A stretch of DNA of 64,000 nucleotides, taken from contig CAYQMF010000014.1 in NCBI GenBank assembly GCA_964418595.1, positions 6,775 through 70,774 of the forward strand, read 5' to 3'. A program made the position numbers and the translations under genes. Of the stretch, positions 45,647-55,326 are shown piece after piece. The stretch is from an uncultured candidatus Brocadiaceae bacterium. GTDB taxonomy: Bacteria > Planctomycetota > UBA1135 > UBA2386. The notes beneath the pieces were generated by a model. It had not been told where the DNA came from. It saw nothing but the letters and a program-made list of their open reading frames with translations, and did no database searches. How positions within the stretch are numbered: position 1 is the stretch's first letter; every line of letters begins with the position of its first letter.

Positions 45647-46976
45647 CGCTCCTCCCGCGCCGCCGCGCCTCGGCCTCCGCCATGCGTGCCTTGACCTTCG
45701 CCTCGAAGCCAGCGTCACCCGGCGCGTAGAAGCACGCGTCGCGCAGCGCCTCGGGAAGGCACTCCATCGGCGCGACGCCGCCCTCGCAGTCGTGCGCGTA
45801 GCGGTAGCCGGCGCCGTGCCCCCATTCCTTCGCCAGCCGGGTGGGTGCGTTGCGGAGGTGCGCCGGCACCTCGTGCTGCGGCCCGCTCTCCGCGGCCGCC
45901 ATCGCCGCGTCGATGGCCGAATGGACCGCGTTGCTCTTCGGTGCCGCGGCCAGGTACACCGCCGCCTCCGCGAGCGGCAGGCGACCCTCGGGCAAGCCCA
46001 TGTTCTGCAGCGCTGTGAGCGCCGCCACCGCGACCTGCAGGGCCATCGGATCGGCGAGACCGATGTCCTCCGCCGCCACCGCGATCATCCGGCGCGCGGC
46101 CTGCGCAGGATCGGCGTCCGCGGCGAGGAAGCGCGCCAGCCAGTACAGGGACGCCTGCACGTCGGAGTTGCGCAGCGACTTGTGCAGCGCGGAGAGAAGA
46201 TCGAAGTGCGCGTCGCCGCCGCGGTCGTGGCGCAGGGTGCGATGTTGCATCGCCTCCGCGATGGCGCGTTCGCTCAGGCACTCACCGTCGAGGCACGTCG
46301 CAGTCGCGGCTTCGAGGACGTTGAGCGCGCTGCGCGCATCGCCCGCCGCGGTCGCCACCAGGCGATGGCGCGCCGCGGGTTCGAGCCGGATGCCACGGGC
46401 AGCGAGCCCGCGCGGGTCGGTGAGGGCGCGGTCCACCAGCGCGCCGATGGCGTCGTCGTCGAGCGCCTGCAGACGCAGGATCCGGCACCGCGACAGCAGC
46501 GGGGCGATCACCGAGAACGCGGGGTTCTCCGTCGTCGCCCCCACCAGCACCGCGTCGCCGCTCTCCACGTACGGCAGGAAGGCGTCCTGCTGCGCCTTGT
46601 TGAAGCGGTGGATCTCGTCGACGAAGAGGAGCGTGCCACGACCCTCGCGAGCGCGGCGGAGCTGCGCATCCGCGACGGCTTCGCGCACGTCCTTCACCCC
46701 GGAGAGCACCGCCGAGAACGGCACGAAGTGCAGGTCGGAAGCCTGCGCGATGAGCCGCGCCAGCGTGGTCTTGCCGACGCCGGGTGGCCCGAACAACAGG
46801 AGCGAGCCCGCGAGTCCGCGCTCGATCGCGAGGCGCAGGTCCTTGCCGGGACCGATCAGGTGCGCCTGACCGACGTACTCGTCGAGGGTCTGCGGGCGCA
46901 TGCGCTCCGCGAGGGGACGCAGCGGACCCTCGCGCGCGCTCGCGGGCACCGGTTCGAACAGGCTCACGGCAGACAC
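45639..46976 (-). CDS. rarA: Replication-associated recombination protein A (AAA+)
   Basis: PLAERMRPQTLDEYVGQ, GPPGVGKTT, DEIHRFNKAQQD, GATTENP, LHKSLRNSD, EDIGLADP. Confidence 0.93.
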   Translation of the reverse strand: MSAVSLFEPVPASAREGPLRPLAERMRPQTLDEYVGQAHLIGPGKDLRLAIERGLAGSLLLFGPPGVGKTTLARLIAQASDLHFVPFSAVLSGVKDVREAVADAQLRRAREGRGTLLFVDEIHRFNKAQQDAFLPYVESGDAVLVGATTENPAFSVIAPLLSRCRILRLQALDDDAIGALVDRALTDPRGLAARGIRLEPAARHRLVATAAGDARSALNVLEAATATCLDGECLSERAIAEAMQHRTLRHDRGGDAHFDLLSALHKSLRNSDVQASLYWLARFLAADADPAQAARRMIAVAAEDIGLADPMALQVAVAALTALQNMGLPEGRLPLAEAAVYLAAAPKSNAVHSAIDAAMAAAESGPQHEVPAHLRNAPTRLAKEWGHGAGYRYAHDCEGGVAPMECLPEALRDACFYAPGDAGFEAKVKARMAEAEARRRGRSDG

Positions 46977-46977
46977 C

Positions 46978-47766
46978 TCATCGCCGTTGTCGCCGCGCCT
47001 CGTACAGCACGACTCCGGCGGCGACCGCGACGTTCAGGCTCTCGACCTTCCCCGCCATCGGGACCCGGAGCCTCCGCGTCGCCGCCGCCCGCAACTGCGC
47101 CGGGATGCCCTCGCCCTCGCCGCCGAGCACGAGCGCGCACGGACCTCGCAGGTCGGCGTCGAGGTAGTCGATGTCGCCGGCCTCGTCGGCGACGCACAGC
47201 GTCAGGCGATGCGCCCTCGCGAAGGCCAGCGCCTCTTCGACGCTGACGCCGCCGCGCGCCGGCACTCGGAACACGCTGCCGGCCGAGCCACGCACTGCCT
47301 TCTCCCGGAACGGGTCGGCCCCGCCCCGCAGGGCGAGAAGGCCGCTCGCGCCGGCGGCCTCCGCGGCGCGCAGGAGCGCACCGAGGTTGCCGGGCTCCTT
47401 CACCCCCGCCGCGACCAGCACGAGCGGCGTGCTCGCGCCCAGGAGATCGGCGTCGGTCCACGCGGGCTGCCGCACCACGATCGCGACGCCCTGCGGGGAG
47501 GAGACCGCCGAGAGGCGGGCGAACACCTTGCCGGTGCAGGCGTGCAGGTTGCGCCCCAGGTGGGCGAGCGACGCCCGCAACGGCCCGAGCGCGTCGCGGT
47601 CCGCGTCGTAGGCCGCCTCCAGCACCTCGAGTCCGGCCTCGATCGCCTCCGCCACGAGCTTGCGCCCCTCGACCAGCAGACAGCCAGGCGCCTCCCCGGC
47701 CCCCGCCGCTTGGAAGCGCGCCACGAGCGGGTTCTTGGCGGAGGTGATCAGGAGGGCATCGTCCAC
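46978..47766 (-). CDS. TrmH/SpoU-family RNA methyltransferase
   Basis: ITSAKNP, VEGRKLVAEA, PQG, EPGNLGALLR, LGGEGEG, ESLNVAVA; GTG start 6 nt after TACGCT. Confidence 0.9.
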   Translation of the reverse strand: MDDALLITSAKNPLVARFQAAGAGEAPGCLLVEGRKLVAEAIEAGLEVLEAAYDADRDALGPLRASLAHLGRNLHACTGKVFARLSAVSSPQGVAIVVRQPAWTDADLLGASTPLVLVAAGVKEPGNLGALLRAAEAAGASGLLALRGGADPFREKAVRGSAGSVFRVPARGGVSVEEALAFARAHRLTLCVADEAGDIDYLDADLRGPCALVLGGEGEGIPAQLRAAATRRLRVPMAGKVESLNVAVAAGVVLYEARRQRR

Positions 47767-47892
47767 GTCCGCAGCGTAGCCCCGGCGGCACCGGGCTTCG
47801 ACAGGCATGCACGCACGCGCCGCAGCCGACATGATGCTCGGCGCCGCCGCGGTCACCGAATCTTCGATCACGCCCGGCGCACCGACGCCACC

Positions 47893-48771
47893 GTGACCGT
47901 CACCGCCATCGTGCTCTTCGTGCTCGCCGCCATCTGGGGGCTGCGCGTGGTTGCCGGCAGGAACGGAGTGCGCGAGGCGTTCCGGGTGACGGTCTCGACC
48001 CCGGCGTTGCTCGTGCCCGCGGCGATGACGCTGGTCGCGTGCGCCCTGGTCATGGCGGCGACCCGGGGGACGCTCACCCTGCACGAGAACCCCTTCGGTG
48101 TGGCGGGTGCCCGACGCCTCGGCGTCGGCGTCCCGGCCAACTGGGCCATGTTTGCGATCGTCAGTCTGACCCTCGCCGGCCACATCGGCGTGCTGCAGGC
48201 ATGGCGGGAAGGCCGGCGTCCGTACGGGATCGCCTTCGCGCAGGGAATCCGTGACCACCTGGTCACCGTCGTGCTCGGCAAGCTCGCGCTGTTCGCGATG
48301 GTGTACGGGATCTCGACCTTCGCGTCGGGAAGCTGGACGCGCGTGCTCTACCTCGCGCCGAGCCTGATCCTGGCGCCGCTCGTGGCCACCGCCGCCGAGC
48401 ACCCGCGGTGCCCGTTCGCAGCGCTGCGGGCCGCGCTCGAAACCACGCGCGCCCGCTTCGAGACCGTGGGCAACCTCGTGTTCGGGCACGCTGTGTTCGT
48501 CGTCGGGACGTTCCACATCGGCGACCGGCTGTGGTCGGGCGCCGCGAGCTTCGACCTGCTGACCTTCAGCACGAGTTCGCTCTCGTACAACCCCTTCCCG
48601 TTCGCCCTGGTCTTCGACCCCGTGCTCAGCACGACGCTGGTGGTCGCCAACGCGGTGGCGTCGAGCGTGTTCATCGCCGGCTACTTCCTGCGCCTGGGCA
48701 CGGCCGACCGCGGCGAGCCGGCGCCACAGGCTGCGTCAGACGCACCGGACGAACACGCCGAGACCGCGTGA
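47893..48771 (+). CDS. Hypothetical polytopic membrane protein
   Basis: About seven hydrophobic segments; start approximate. Confidence 0.6.
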   Translation: MTVTAIVLFVLAAIWGLRVVAGRNGVREAFRVTVSTPALLVPAAMTLVACALVMAATRGTLTLHENPFGVAGARRLGVGVPANWAMFAIVSLTLAGHIGVLQAWREGRRPYGIAFAQGIRDHLVTVVLGKLALFAMVYGISTFASGSWTRVLYLAPSLILAPLVATAAEHPRCPFAALRAALETTRARFETVGNLVFGHAVFVVGTFHIGDRLWSGAASFDLLTFSTSSLSYNPFPFALVFDPVLSTTLVVANAVASSVFIAGYFLRLGTADRGEPAPQAASDAPDEHAETA

Positions 48772-48772
48772 C

Positions 48773-49696
48773 CTACGCAAACGGCGGCGACGACCCGTCC
48801 ACCGGGCCGCGCCGCACGCGCGCGAGATCGAAGCCCGGCAGCAGGTCCTGCGGCGTGCAAGGCCGTCCCGGCTCGACGAGCCCGCAGAGCGCCGCGAGGT
48901 AGCCGACCACCTGCGCCGGCGACACGCCGCGCGTGCGGTAGTGGCGCAGCGACGTATCGCCGTGGCGCTTGGCGAGGCGCAGACCATCGGGGCCCACCAC
49001 CAGCGGCACGTGCGCGAACGACGGCGGCGCCAGCCCGAGCGCCGCGTACAGGAGAAGCTGCCGCGGTGTCGACGGCAGGAGGTCGTCGCCGCGCACCACG
49101 TGCGTCACGCCCTGCGCCGCGTCGTCGACGACGACCGCGAGCTGGTACGCCGCCCCGCCGTCCCGCTTGGCGATGACGAAGTCGCCGCGCACGGTGCCGG
49201 CCTGCGGACCGCGGAAGCGATCGGTGAACGCCACCGCGGCCCGCTCGACCCGGAAACGCACCGCCGCGTCGCGCCCGGTCTCCTCGCGCGCCTCGCCGAC
49301 GTCGAAGAAGCGGCCGCGGCAGGTGCCCGGGTACACCGGTCCGTCGTCGGTCGTCTCGTGCGGCGCGGACGCAGCGTCCTCGACCTCCCGCCGCGAGCAA
49401 ACACAGGGATACGCGACCGCGTCGTCGAGCAGGCGCTCGAGCGCTTCGGTGTAGCGCGGCGCGCGCTCCGTCTGCCGCACCAGCTCGCCGTCCCAGTCGA
49501 GCCCGAGCCAGCGCAGGTCTTCGAGCGCCGCCGCCTCCGCCCCTGGCTTGATGCGTGGCCCGTCGATGTCCTCGATGCGCATGAGCAAGCGGCCGCCCTG
49601 CGCTCGGGCATCGAGCCAGGCGAGCAGGAACGTGCGTGCGTTGCCGAGGTGCAGGACCCCGGTCGGGCTGGGAGCAAGGCGACCGACGTACGTCAC
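48773..49696 (-). CDS. gluQ: Glutamyl-queuosine tRNA(Asp) synthetase
   Basis: RLAPSPTGVLHLGN, RIEDID, CVC...YPGTC, YQLAVVVDD, VVRGDDLL, RLAKR; no anticodon-binding domain. Confidence 0.92.
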   Translation of the reverse strand: MTYVGRLAPSPTGVLHLGNARTFLLAWLDARAQGGRLLMRIEDIDGPRIKPGAEAAALEDLRWLGLDWDGELVRQTERAPRYTEALERLLDDAVAYPCVCSRREVEDAASAPHETTDDGPVYPGTCRGRFFDVGEAREETGRDAAVRFRVERAAVAFTDRFRGPQAGTVRGDFVIAKRDGGAAYQLAVVVDDAAQGVTHVVRGDDLLPSTPRQLLLYAALGLAPPSFAHVPLVVGPDGLRLAKRHGDTSLRHYRTRGVSPAQVVGYLAALCGLVEPGRPCTPQDLLPGFDLARVRRGPVDGSSPPFA

Positions 49697-49759
49697 GGGC
49701 GGTGCAGGTTAGTGCGCGCGGCGCAAAGCGCACGCGCGACGGTCGACTACAACCTCCGC

Positions 49760-50668
49760 ATGCCCGAAGGCCTGATCCTCCGCGTCGACGCCAAGGTCGC
49801 CCACGTCCAGATGGGTGAGCAGGTCCTGCAGCTCCCGCTGCGCGGCCGCCTGTTCGACGGCCCGAGCACGGAGAAGCGGCCGTTGGCGGTCGGCGACCGC
49901 GTAGCCGTCACCGTCGGCGAGGGCAACGCCGGCAGCGCCATCGACGCGGTCCTGCCGCGCACCAGTCGCCTGAGCCGTCGCGCCGCAGGCGAGGACGGCC
50001 GCGAGCAGGTGGTCGCCGCCAACGTCACCCACGTGCTCGTGGTGTCGGCACTGCGCGAGCCCACCTTCGAGGCGCCCCTCGTCGATCGGATCCTCGCTGC
50101 CGCGGAGCGCGAATCGCTCCAAGCGACCCTGGTCCTCACCAAGCTCGACCGCGACCGGCGCGGCGATGCGCTGCGTTGGTCCGAGCTGTACCGGAGCCTC
50201 GGCTACGACGTACACGCGACGTCGGTGAGCGAGGGCCAGCAGACGACCGCGAGCCTGGACGCGCTGCGCGACCTCCTGCATCGCAACCTCACGGTGCTGT
50301 GCGGGCCTTCCGGTGCCGGCAAGTCGACGCTCATCAACACACTGGTGCCGGGGGTGCAGTTGCGGACGGGCGACGTCGGCAAGATCCGCCAGGGCAAACA
50401 CACCACGACCCACACGCAGCTCGTGCCCCTCCCCGGCGGCGGACACGTGCTCGACACCCCCGGTGTCCGCTCCTTCGGGCTGTTCGGGGTCAACACCCAG
50501 GAGATCGCCTTCTACTTCCGCGACATCCGCGCACACGCGCCGCGGTGCGCGTTCACCAACTGCTCGCACCGCAACGAGCCGGAGTGCGCGGTGCGGGACG
50601 CGGTCGATCCGAGCCGGCTGCGGTCGTACGAGCTGTTGCTGGCCGAGGTCGAGAGACAGGAGGAATGA
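49760..50668 (+). CDS. rsgA: Ribosome small subunit-dependent GTPase A
   Basis: AVGD.V, TKLD, GPSGAGKSTLIN, GKHTTT, DTPG, C.F.NCSH..EP.C. Confidence 0.93.
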   Translation: MPEGLILRVDAKVAHVQMGEQVLQLPLRGRLFDGPSTEKRPLAVGDRVAVTVGEGNAGSAIDAVLPRTSRLSRRAAGEDGREQVVAANVTHVLVVSALREPTFEAPLVDRILAAAERESLQATLVLTKLDRDRRGDALRWSELYRSLGYDVHATSVSEGQQTTASLDALRDLLHRNLTVLCGPSGAGKSTLINTLVPGVQLRTGDVGKIRQGKHTTTHTQLVPLPGGGHVLDTPGVRSFGLFGVNTQEIAFYFRDIRAHAPRCAFTNCSHRNEPECAVRDAVDPSRLRSYELLLAEVERQEE

Positions 50669-51118
50669 TCACTTCCACGTGAGCCACTTGTAGAGCCACG
50701 ACCCGCCGAGCAGCGCGATCGCCGCCGGCACCCAGACTGCGAGACGGATGCCGTACGCGCGCGCGACGAACGAGCGGCAGCGCAGCAGGTCGTGGAGGCC
50801 CACGCCGCCGACACCGAGCACGAACACCGCGAACGCGGCGCCGAACGGATGCACGAGGAAGGCGTCGAGCCAGTGCAGGTGCACCACGAGGCACGCCGCG
50901 GTCGTGCACCCGCAGGTGGGACACGGAAGCCCGTAGGTCACCGGCCAGCCGCACGGGGTCCAGCCGAGGGCCTCGTGCGTGCCGAACCCGCGCGCGTCCG
51001 GCGTCACGGGCGCGAGCAGCCAGACCATCCCCGCGGCACCACCCACGGCGCCGAGCGCGAGCAGACGGTCCAACCAGGTGGGCACCGGGCCCTCGTGCAC
51101 CGGCACGGGATCGACCAC
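50669..51118 (-). CDS. DUF2752-like membrane protein
   Basis: CGWPVTYGLPCPTCGCTTA...HPFG between TM segments. Confidence 0.75.
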   Translation of the reverse strand: MVDPVPVHEGPVPTWLDRLLALGAVGGAAGMVWLLAPVTPDARGFGTHEALGWTPCGWPVTYGLPCPTCGCTTAACLVVHLHWLDAFLVHPFGAAFAVFVLGVGGVGLHDLLRCRSFVARAYGIRLAVWVPAAIALLGGSWLYKWLTWK

Positions 51119-51143
51119 GTGCGGGAAGGTACGCGACGCGCGC

Positions 51144-51692
51144 TCAGGTCGCGCGGCTGAAGTCGTAGATGTAGGCGAGCTTGCCCTTGCGCACGATCGC
51201 GTAGCCGAGGCGACGCAGGACCGAGAGCTCCGGGTTCTGGTCGAACGCCACGCCGCGCACGACCAGCTCCTCCATCACGAAGTAGTTGCGTCGTCCCTTG
51301 CGCGGCTCGTAGGCGCCCGGCTCGACGTTGCCGGCAAGTTCGATCTGCACCGCGCCGCTGTAGAAGCCGCGGATGCGCACCGACTTGTCGCTCGACGCGA
51401 GCTGCCGCTGCGTGTTGTCGCCGGCGACGTCCACCAGTTCGTGCGCGAACACGATCTCCGACTGGTTCACCATCACGCGCGGCACCTGGATGACCTCGGG
51501 TCCGCGCAGCGACACGAGCGTGGCGTCCTCGACCGCGAGGTAGGCGCGGTCGGTGCCTTCCAGCATCTTGGCGAGGCGTTGGTACTTGTTGGCGATGCGA
51601 CCCTTGATCAGGAACGAGTCGGTGACGAACAGGTCCTCGACGATGGTCGCCGCAGCGCCCGCGCCCTCGGGCCTCTGGCCGGGCTCGGTCAT
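51144..51692 (-). CDS. Hypothetical protein
   Basis: 182-aa ORF with GC3 bias; start overlaps the folC stop. Confidence 0.65.
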   Translation of the reverse strand: MTEPGQRPEGAGAAATIVEDLFVTDSFLIKGRIANKYQRLAKMLEGTDRAYLAVEDATLVSLRGPEVIQVPRVMVNQSEIVFAHELVDVAGDNTQRQLASSDKSVRIRGFYSGAVQIELAGNVEPGAYEPRKGRRNYFVMEELVVRGVAFDQNPELSVLRRLGYAIVRKGKLAYIYDFSRAT

Positions 51693-53002
51693 GACCTGGC
51701 TGCCTCACGCACGAGCTGTCGCACGCGACCGGCCAGGTAGAACGATCCGACGACGAGCCACGGACCGGGGCGAGCACCGAGCGCGGCCAGACCTGCGACG
51801 GCATCGGGCGTGATGGACGCGTCGACGCCCCGCCCACGCAGCCACGCTGCGATCACGGCAGGGTCCTCGCTCGCGATGCCATCGAGGTTGGTCACGACCG
51901 CGCTATCGACCAGCGGCAGAAGGCGACTCAATCCCTCGCGCCAGCGCTTGCCGAGCGCAGATCCGAACAGCACACGCCATCGCCGGTTCGGCGCGATCCG
52001 ACCCAGTTCGACGGCCACCGCCGCCAGGGATCGCTCGGTGTGCGCGCCGTCGACGATGACCTCGCCGAAGCCCGCGGCCAGACGCTCGAAGCGCGCCGGC
52101 AACGGCGGGCGACGCACCGGCAGGAGTGCGCGCGCCAGCGCTGTACGGCTCGCCGGACACAGTTCGGCAAGACACGCCGCGGCGAGGAGGAGGGCATCGA
52201 CCTCGAAGCTCGCGGCCCCGACCAGTTCGAACGGCAACTCGGCGTGCGGCAGGCGGAGCGTGCCGCGGGTGATGCCGGCCGACGCGCCGTCGACGACCGC
52301 ATCGAATTCGCGACCGCGCACGCGCAGCGGCGCCTCGACCAACCGCGCTCGCGCCTCGACGGCCGCGAGCGCATCGCCCACGGTCGCGGTGAAGGCCGGC
52401 CGACCCGCGCGCACGATGAAGGCCTTCTCCGCGGCGATCGCGGCGATCGTGTCGCCGAGCACCTCCATGTGTTCCAGCTCGACCGTGGTGAGGATCGACG
52501 CGTCCGCGGGCACGCCCGTCGTCGCATCGAGCCGCCCGCCGAGCCCCACCTCCAGCACTGCCAGGTCGACGCCGTGGCGGGCGAAGCACTCGACCGCCGC
52601 GGCGGTCATGACCTCGAAGAAGCTCACGTCGGCGAGCCCCGCCGTCTTGACGAACGTCACGAGCCCCGCGACCGCATCCTCGAGGCTCGTGGCCGGGGCG
52701 AAGTCGACCTGCACCCGTTCGAGCACGTCGTCGACGTGCGGCGACACGTACAGACCCGTGCGCAACCCCACCGCCTGCCCCAGCGCCGCCAGGTACGACG
52801 CCGTGGTGCCCTTGCCCTTCGAGCCCCCCACCTGCACGACCTGCCCGCGCAACGGTGTCGCGCCCGGCCGCGCGAGCAGCGCGCGGATGTTGTCCAGCGA
52901 CCAGCGCGGCGGATCGACGCGCGTGCGCTCGTAGTTGGTGAGCGGCGCCACGAGCGCGAGGATGCGCTGGGCGGTGGCGGCGCGGGGATTGTTTGCGGTC
53001 AC
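51689..53002 (-). CDS. folC: Folylpolyglutamate synthase/dihydrofolate synthase
   Basis: GGSKGKGTT, SPH, SFFE, EVGLGGRLDAT, DGAH, GSFYL; start refined to GTG 53002. Confidence 0.9.
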   Translation of the reverse strand: MTANNPRAATAQRILALVAPLTNYERTRVDPPRWSLDNIRALLARPGATPLRGQVVQVGGSKGKGTTASYLAALGQAVGLRTGLYVSPHVDDVLERVQVDFAPATSLEDAVAGLVTFVKTAGLADVSFFEVMTAAAVECFARHGVDLAVLEVGLGGRLDATTGVPADASILTTVELEHMEVLGDTIAAIAAEKAFIVRAGRPAFTATVGDALAAVEARARLVEAPLRVRGREFDAVVDGASAGITRGTLRLPHAELPFELVGAASFEVDALLLAAACLAELCPASRTALARALLPVRRPPLPARFERLAAGFGEVIVDGAHTERSLAAVAVELGRIAPNRRWRVLFGSALGKRWREGLSRLLPLVDSAVVTNLDGIASEDPAVIAAWLRGRGVDASITPDAVAGLAALGARPGPWLVVGSFYLAGRVRQLVREAARS

Positions 53003-53057
53003 GGCGCGGGTCGGCGATCCTCGCCTAAGATCCTCGCACCAGGACCGCCCAAATCCG

Positions 53058-54167
53058 ATGCACATCCTCGCACCCGCGCTCGGCGCCACGCTCGTCCTCG
53101 CCTGCCTGACGCCCGACCTCGCCGCGCAGGAGCGCGGCCGGCGCCGCAACGACCCACCCCCGACCCTGTCGCACGGCGACTACAAGGAGGTCGAGTTCGA
53201 CAGCGAGGCCGTCGAGCGGAAGGTGAACTACGGGATCTACATCCCCAAGAGCTACGGGGAGCCTGCGAACAAGGACCGCCACTACCCCCTGGTGATCTGG
53301 CTGCACGGCATGTTCGAAGACGACATGCGCTTCCACACCCGTGGCGGCAGCGCGACCCTCGACGAGCTCATCGGCAAGGGCGAGGTCCCCGAGCTGATCC
53401 TGGTCTGTCCCAGCAACGGGCGCAGCGGGTTCTTCATCAACGGCAAGAGCGGCGGTCGCGGCGAGGACCTCCTCGTCAAGGACCTCCTCACCCACATCGA
53501 CGCGACCTACCGCGTCGAGAAGACCCGCGCCAAGCGCGCGCTGATGGGAGTGAGCATGGGCGGGATGTGCGCACTGAAGATCGCGCTGCGCCACCCGGAG
53601 CTGTTCGGCACGGTCGCCACCCATTCGGCCGCGATCTTCCCCGCCGACCTCGACAAGCTGCCCGCACGCTTCAAGAACGCGATGCGCAGCCAGTGGCTCG
53701 GGCCGTTGCTCAGCGAGACCTTCGGCGACCCGATCGACGCCGACCTGTGGCGCGAGAACAACCCGCTCGCGCTGGTCGAGACCTGCGACCCCGAGAAGCT
53801 GGGCGGGCTGCGCATCTATCACGACGCGGGCACGCGCGACCGCTACGAGTTCCACCTGACGAACGAGATGCTGCACGCGGCGTTCGATGCCAAGAAGATC
53901 CCGCACACGTGGACGTTGATCGAAGGCGGAGGTCACTCGTGGGGTGACGGGCTGGCGTCGTCGACGCTCGGCAACTCGCTGCGCTTCGTGGCCCTGCAAC
54001 TGCGCGAGTCGGCGGGCAAGGACGCGCTGAAGGGTCTGCTCGGGCCCGGGGGCGCGGCCCACGGCGCCGGCCCTCGCGAAGGCAAGGGGCACGACGAAGG
54101 CAAGGAGCACGACGAGGGCAAGGAGCAGGCCAAGGACGAGAAGGATGCGCCGGTGAAGCGGCGCTGA
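53058..54167 (+). CDS. Secreted alpha/beta-hydrolase (putative esterase family)
   Basis: Signal peptide ending LAAQ; YPLVIWLHG, GVSMGG nucleophile elbow, GGGHSW. Confidence 0.85.
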   Translation: MHILAPALGATLVLACLTPDLAAQERGRRRNDPPPTLSHGDYKEVEFDSEAVERKVNYGIYIPKSYGEPANKDRHYPLVIWLHGMFEDDMRFHTRGGSATLDELIGKGEVPELILVCPSNGRSGFFINGKSGGRGEDLLVKDLLTHIDATYRVEKTRAKRALMGVSMGGMCALKIALRHPELFGTVATHSAAIFPADLDKLPARFKNAMRSQWLGPLLSETFGDPIDADLWRENNPLALVETCDPEKLGGLRIYHDAGTRDRYEFHLTNEMLHAAFDAKKIPHTWTLIEGGGHSWGDGLASSTLGNSLRFVALQLRESAGKDALKGLLGPGGAAHGAGPREGKGHDEGKEHDEGKEQAKDEKDAPVKRR

Positions 54168-54209
54168 CCCGTTCCGGGACGTTTCTTCGTCGACCTCCGC
54201 AACCTCACA

Positions 54210-54239
54210 GGGTCGGCTCGATACTTACCGAGCCGACCC
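54210..54239. promoter_or_regulatory. Perfect 11-bp inverted repeat 1 nt upstream of the NUDIX ATG
   Basis: GGGTCGGCTCG-ATACTTAC-CGAGCCGACCC. Confidence 0.6.
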
Positions 54240-54240
54240 G

Positions 54241-54666
54241 ATGTTCTGTCTCGAACACAAGGTGCGGGTGTTCGTGTTCCGGATGCTCGCCGATCGCGCC
54301 GAGTACCTCCTGGTCCGGCGCAAGCCCCGCTCGGAGTGGCCGTTCGGCCCCGTCATCGGCCCGCTCGGCGTCGGCGAACACCTGCGGGATGCGGTCGTGC
54401 GCGAGGTCCGCGACGAGGTGGGCCTGTCCCAGCCGCTGCACCTCATCGAGCTGCACGCCCCCAACAAGGAGCTGTTCGGCGAGGTCGGTCTGGTCGAGTG
54501 GCCGTTCGGCTACCAGGCGGGGGCGCCGCACCAGCCGGCGCCGACGCTCGTACCCGGTCCCATGATCGGCGAGTTCGACTGGCTCTCGTTCGAACAGGCC
54601 TACCAGGCGATCGAGACCCTCGATCGCGAGCTGCTGGTGAAGCTGCAGCTCCGCCTGCGCGGCTGA
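54241..54666 (+). CDS. NUDIX hydrolase
   Basis: YLLVRRK; Nudix box GEHLRDAVVREVRDEVGL; WLSFEQA. Confidence 0.85.
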   Translation: MFCLEHKVRVFVFRMLADRAEYLLVRRKPRSEWPFGPVIGPLGVGEHLRDAVVREVRDEVGLSQPLHLIELHAPNKELFGEVGLVEWPFGYQAGAPHQPAPTLVPGPMIGEFDWLSFEQAYQAIETLDRELLVKLQLRLRG

Positions 54667-54773
54667 GCCCGCGCCCGCGACGCCACCAAAAAAGCTGCGT
54701 GCGCACAGGCGCCGGCGGCGTAAACCTTGGCCCCCCTGACAGCCCATCCCCGCCCCCCGTCCACCCAGGCGCC

Positions 54774-55247
54774 ATGAAGAAGCCGGCCGCGAAGACCCCT
54801 GCCGACCCGCCCAAGATCCCTGCCAAGAGCGCAGCCTCGAGCCCTCCACCCGCTGCCGCCGTCAAGGAAGCACCGAGCAACGGCAAGCCGGCGGACGCCG
54901 AGCCGGCGATCGTCGGCGACGGCCGCGTGCCGAGTTCGGCGATGCGCAGCTACGCGCTGCTCACGCCGGACCTGAAGGAGCTGTACTTCAAGTTCTACAA
55001 GGCCACCTACGGCAAGACGGAACTCTCGCTGAAGGTGAAGGAGTTCATCGCCATCGGTGCCGCGCTCGCGCTCGGCTGCAAGGGCTGCCTCGAAGGCCAC
55101 CTGAAGAAGGCGAAGAAGGAAGGTGCCACCGCGGAGGAGATCTCCGAGGTCATCGCGGTGACCCTCGGCGTCGCCGCGGCCGCGATCGTCGACCGGTCGG
55201 ACATCGCCAACTACCATCTCGGCGGGCTGTTCGAGAAGCCCGAGTGA
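54774..55247 (+). CDS. Carboxymuconolactone decarboxylase/AhpD-like protein with Pro/Ala/Lys-rich N-terminal extension
   Basis: LSLKVKEFIAIGAALALGCKGCLEGHLKKAKKEGATAEEISE. Confidence 0.85.
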   Translation: MKKPAAKTPADPPKIPAKSAASSPPPAAAVKEAPSNGKPADAEPAIVGDGRVPSSAMRSYALLTPDLKELYFKFYKATYGKTELSLKVKEFIAIGAALALGCKGCLEGHLKKAKKEGATAEEISEVIAVTLGVAAAAIVDRSDIANYHLGGLFEKPE

Positions 55248-55326
55248 CAGGGCGGGCACCCCTGGCGTCCACCTCGGCGGCGACCCGATCCCTTTCGTCC
55301 TCCGCAGTCCCCAACGACGACAAGCC

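Noticed and set aside
652-49696. queF and gluQ as a queuosine cluster
   Set aside because: They are 48 kb apart with unrelated genes between; ordinary housekeeping.
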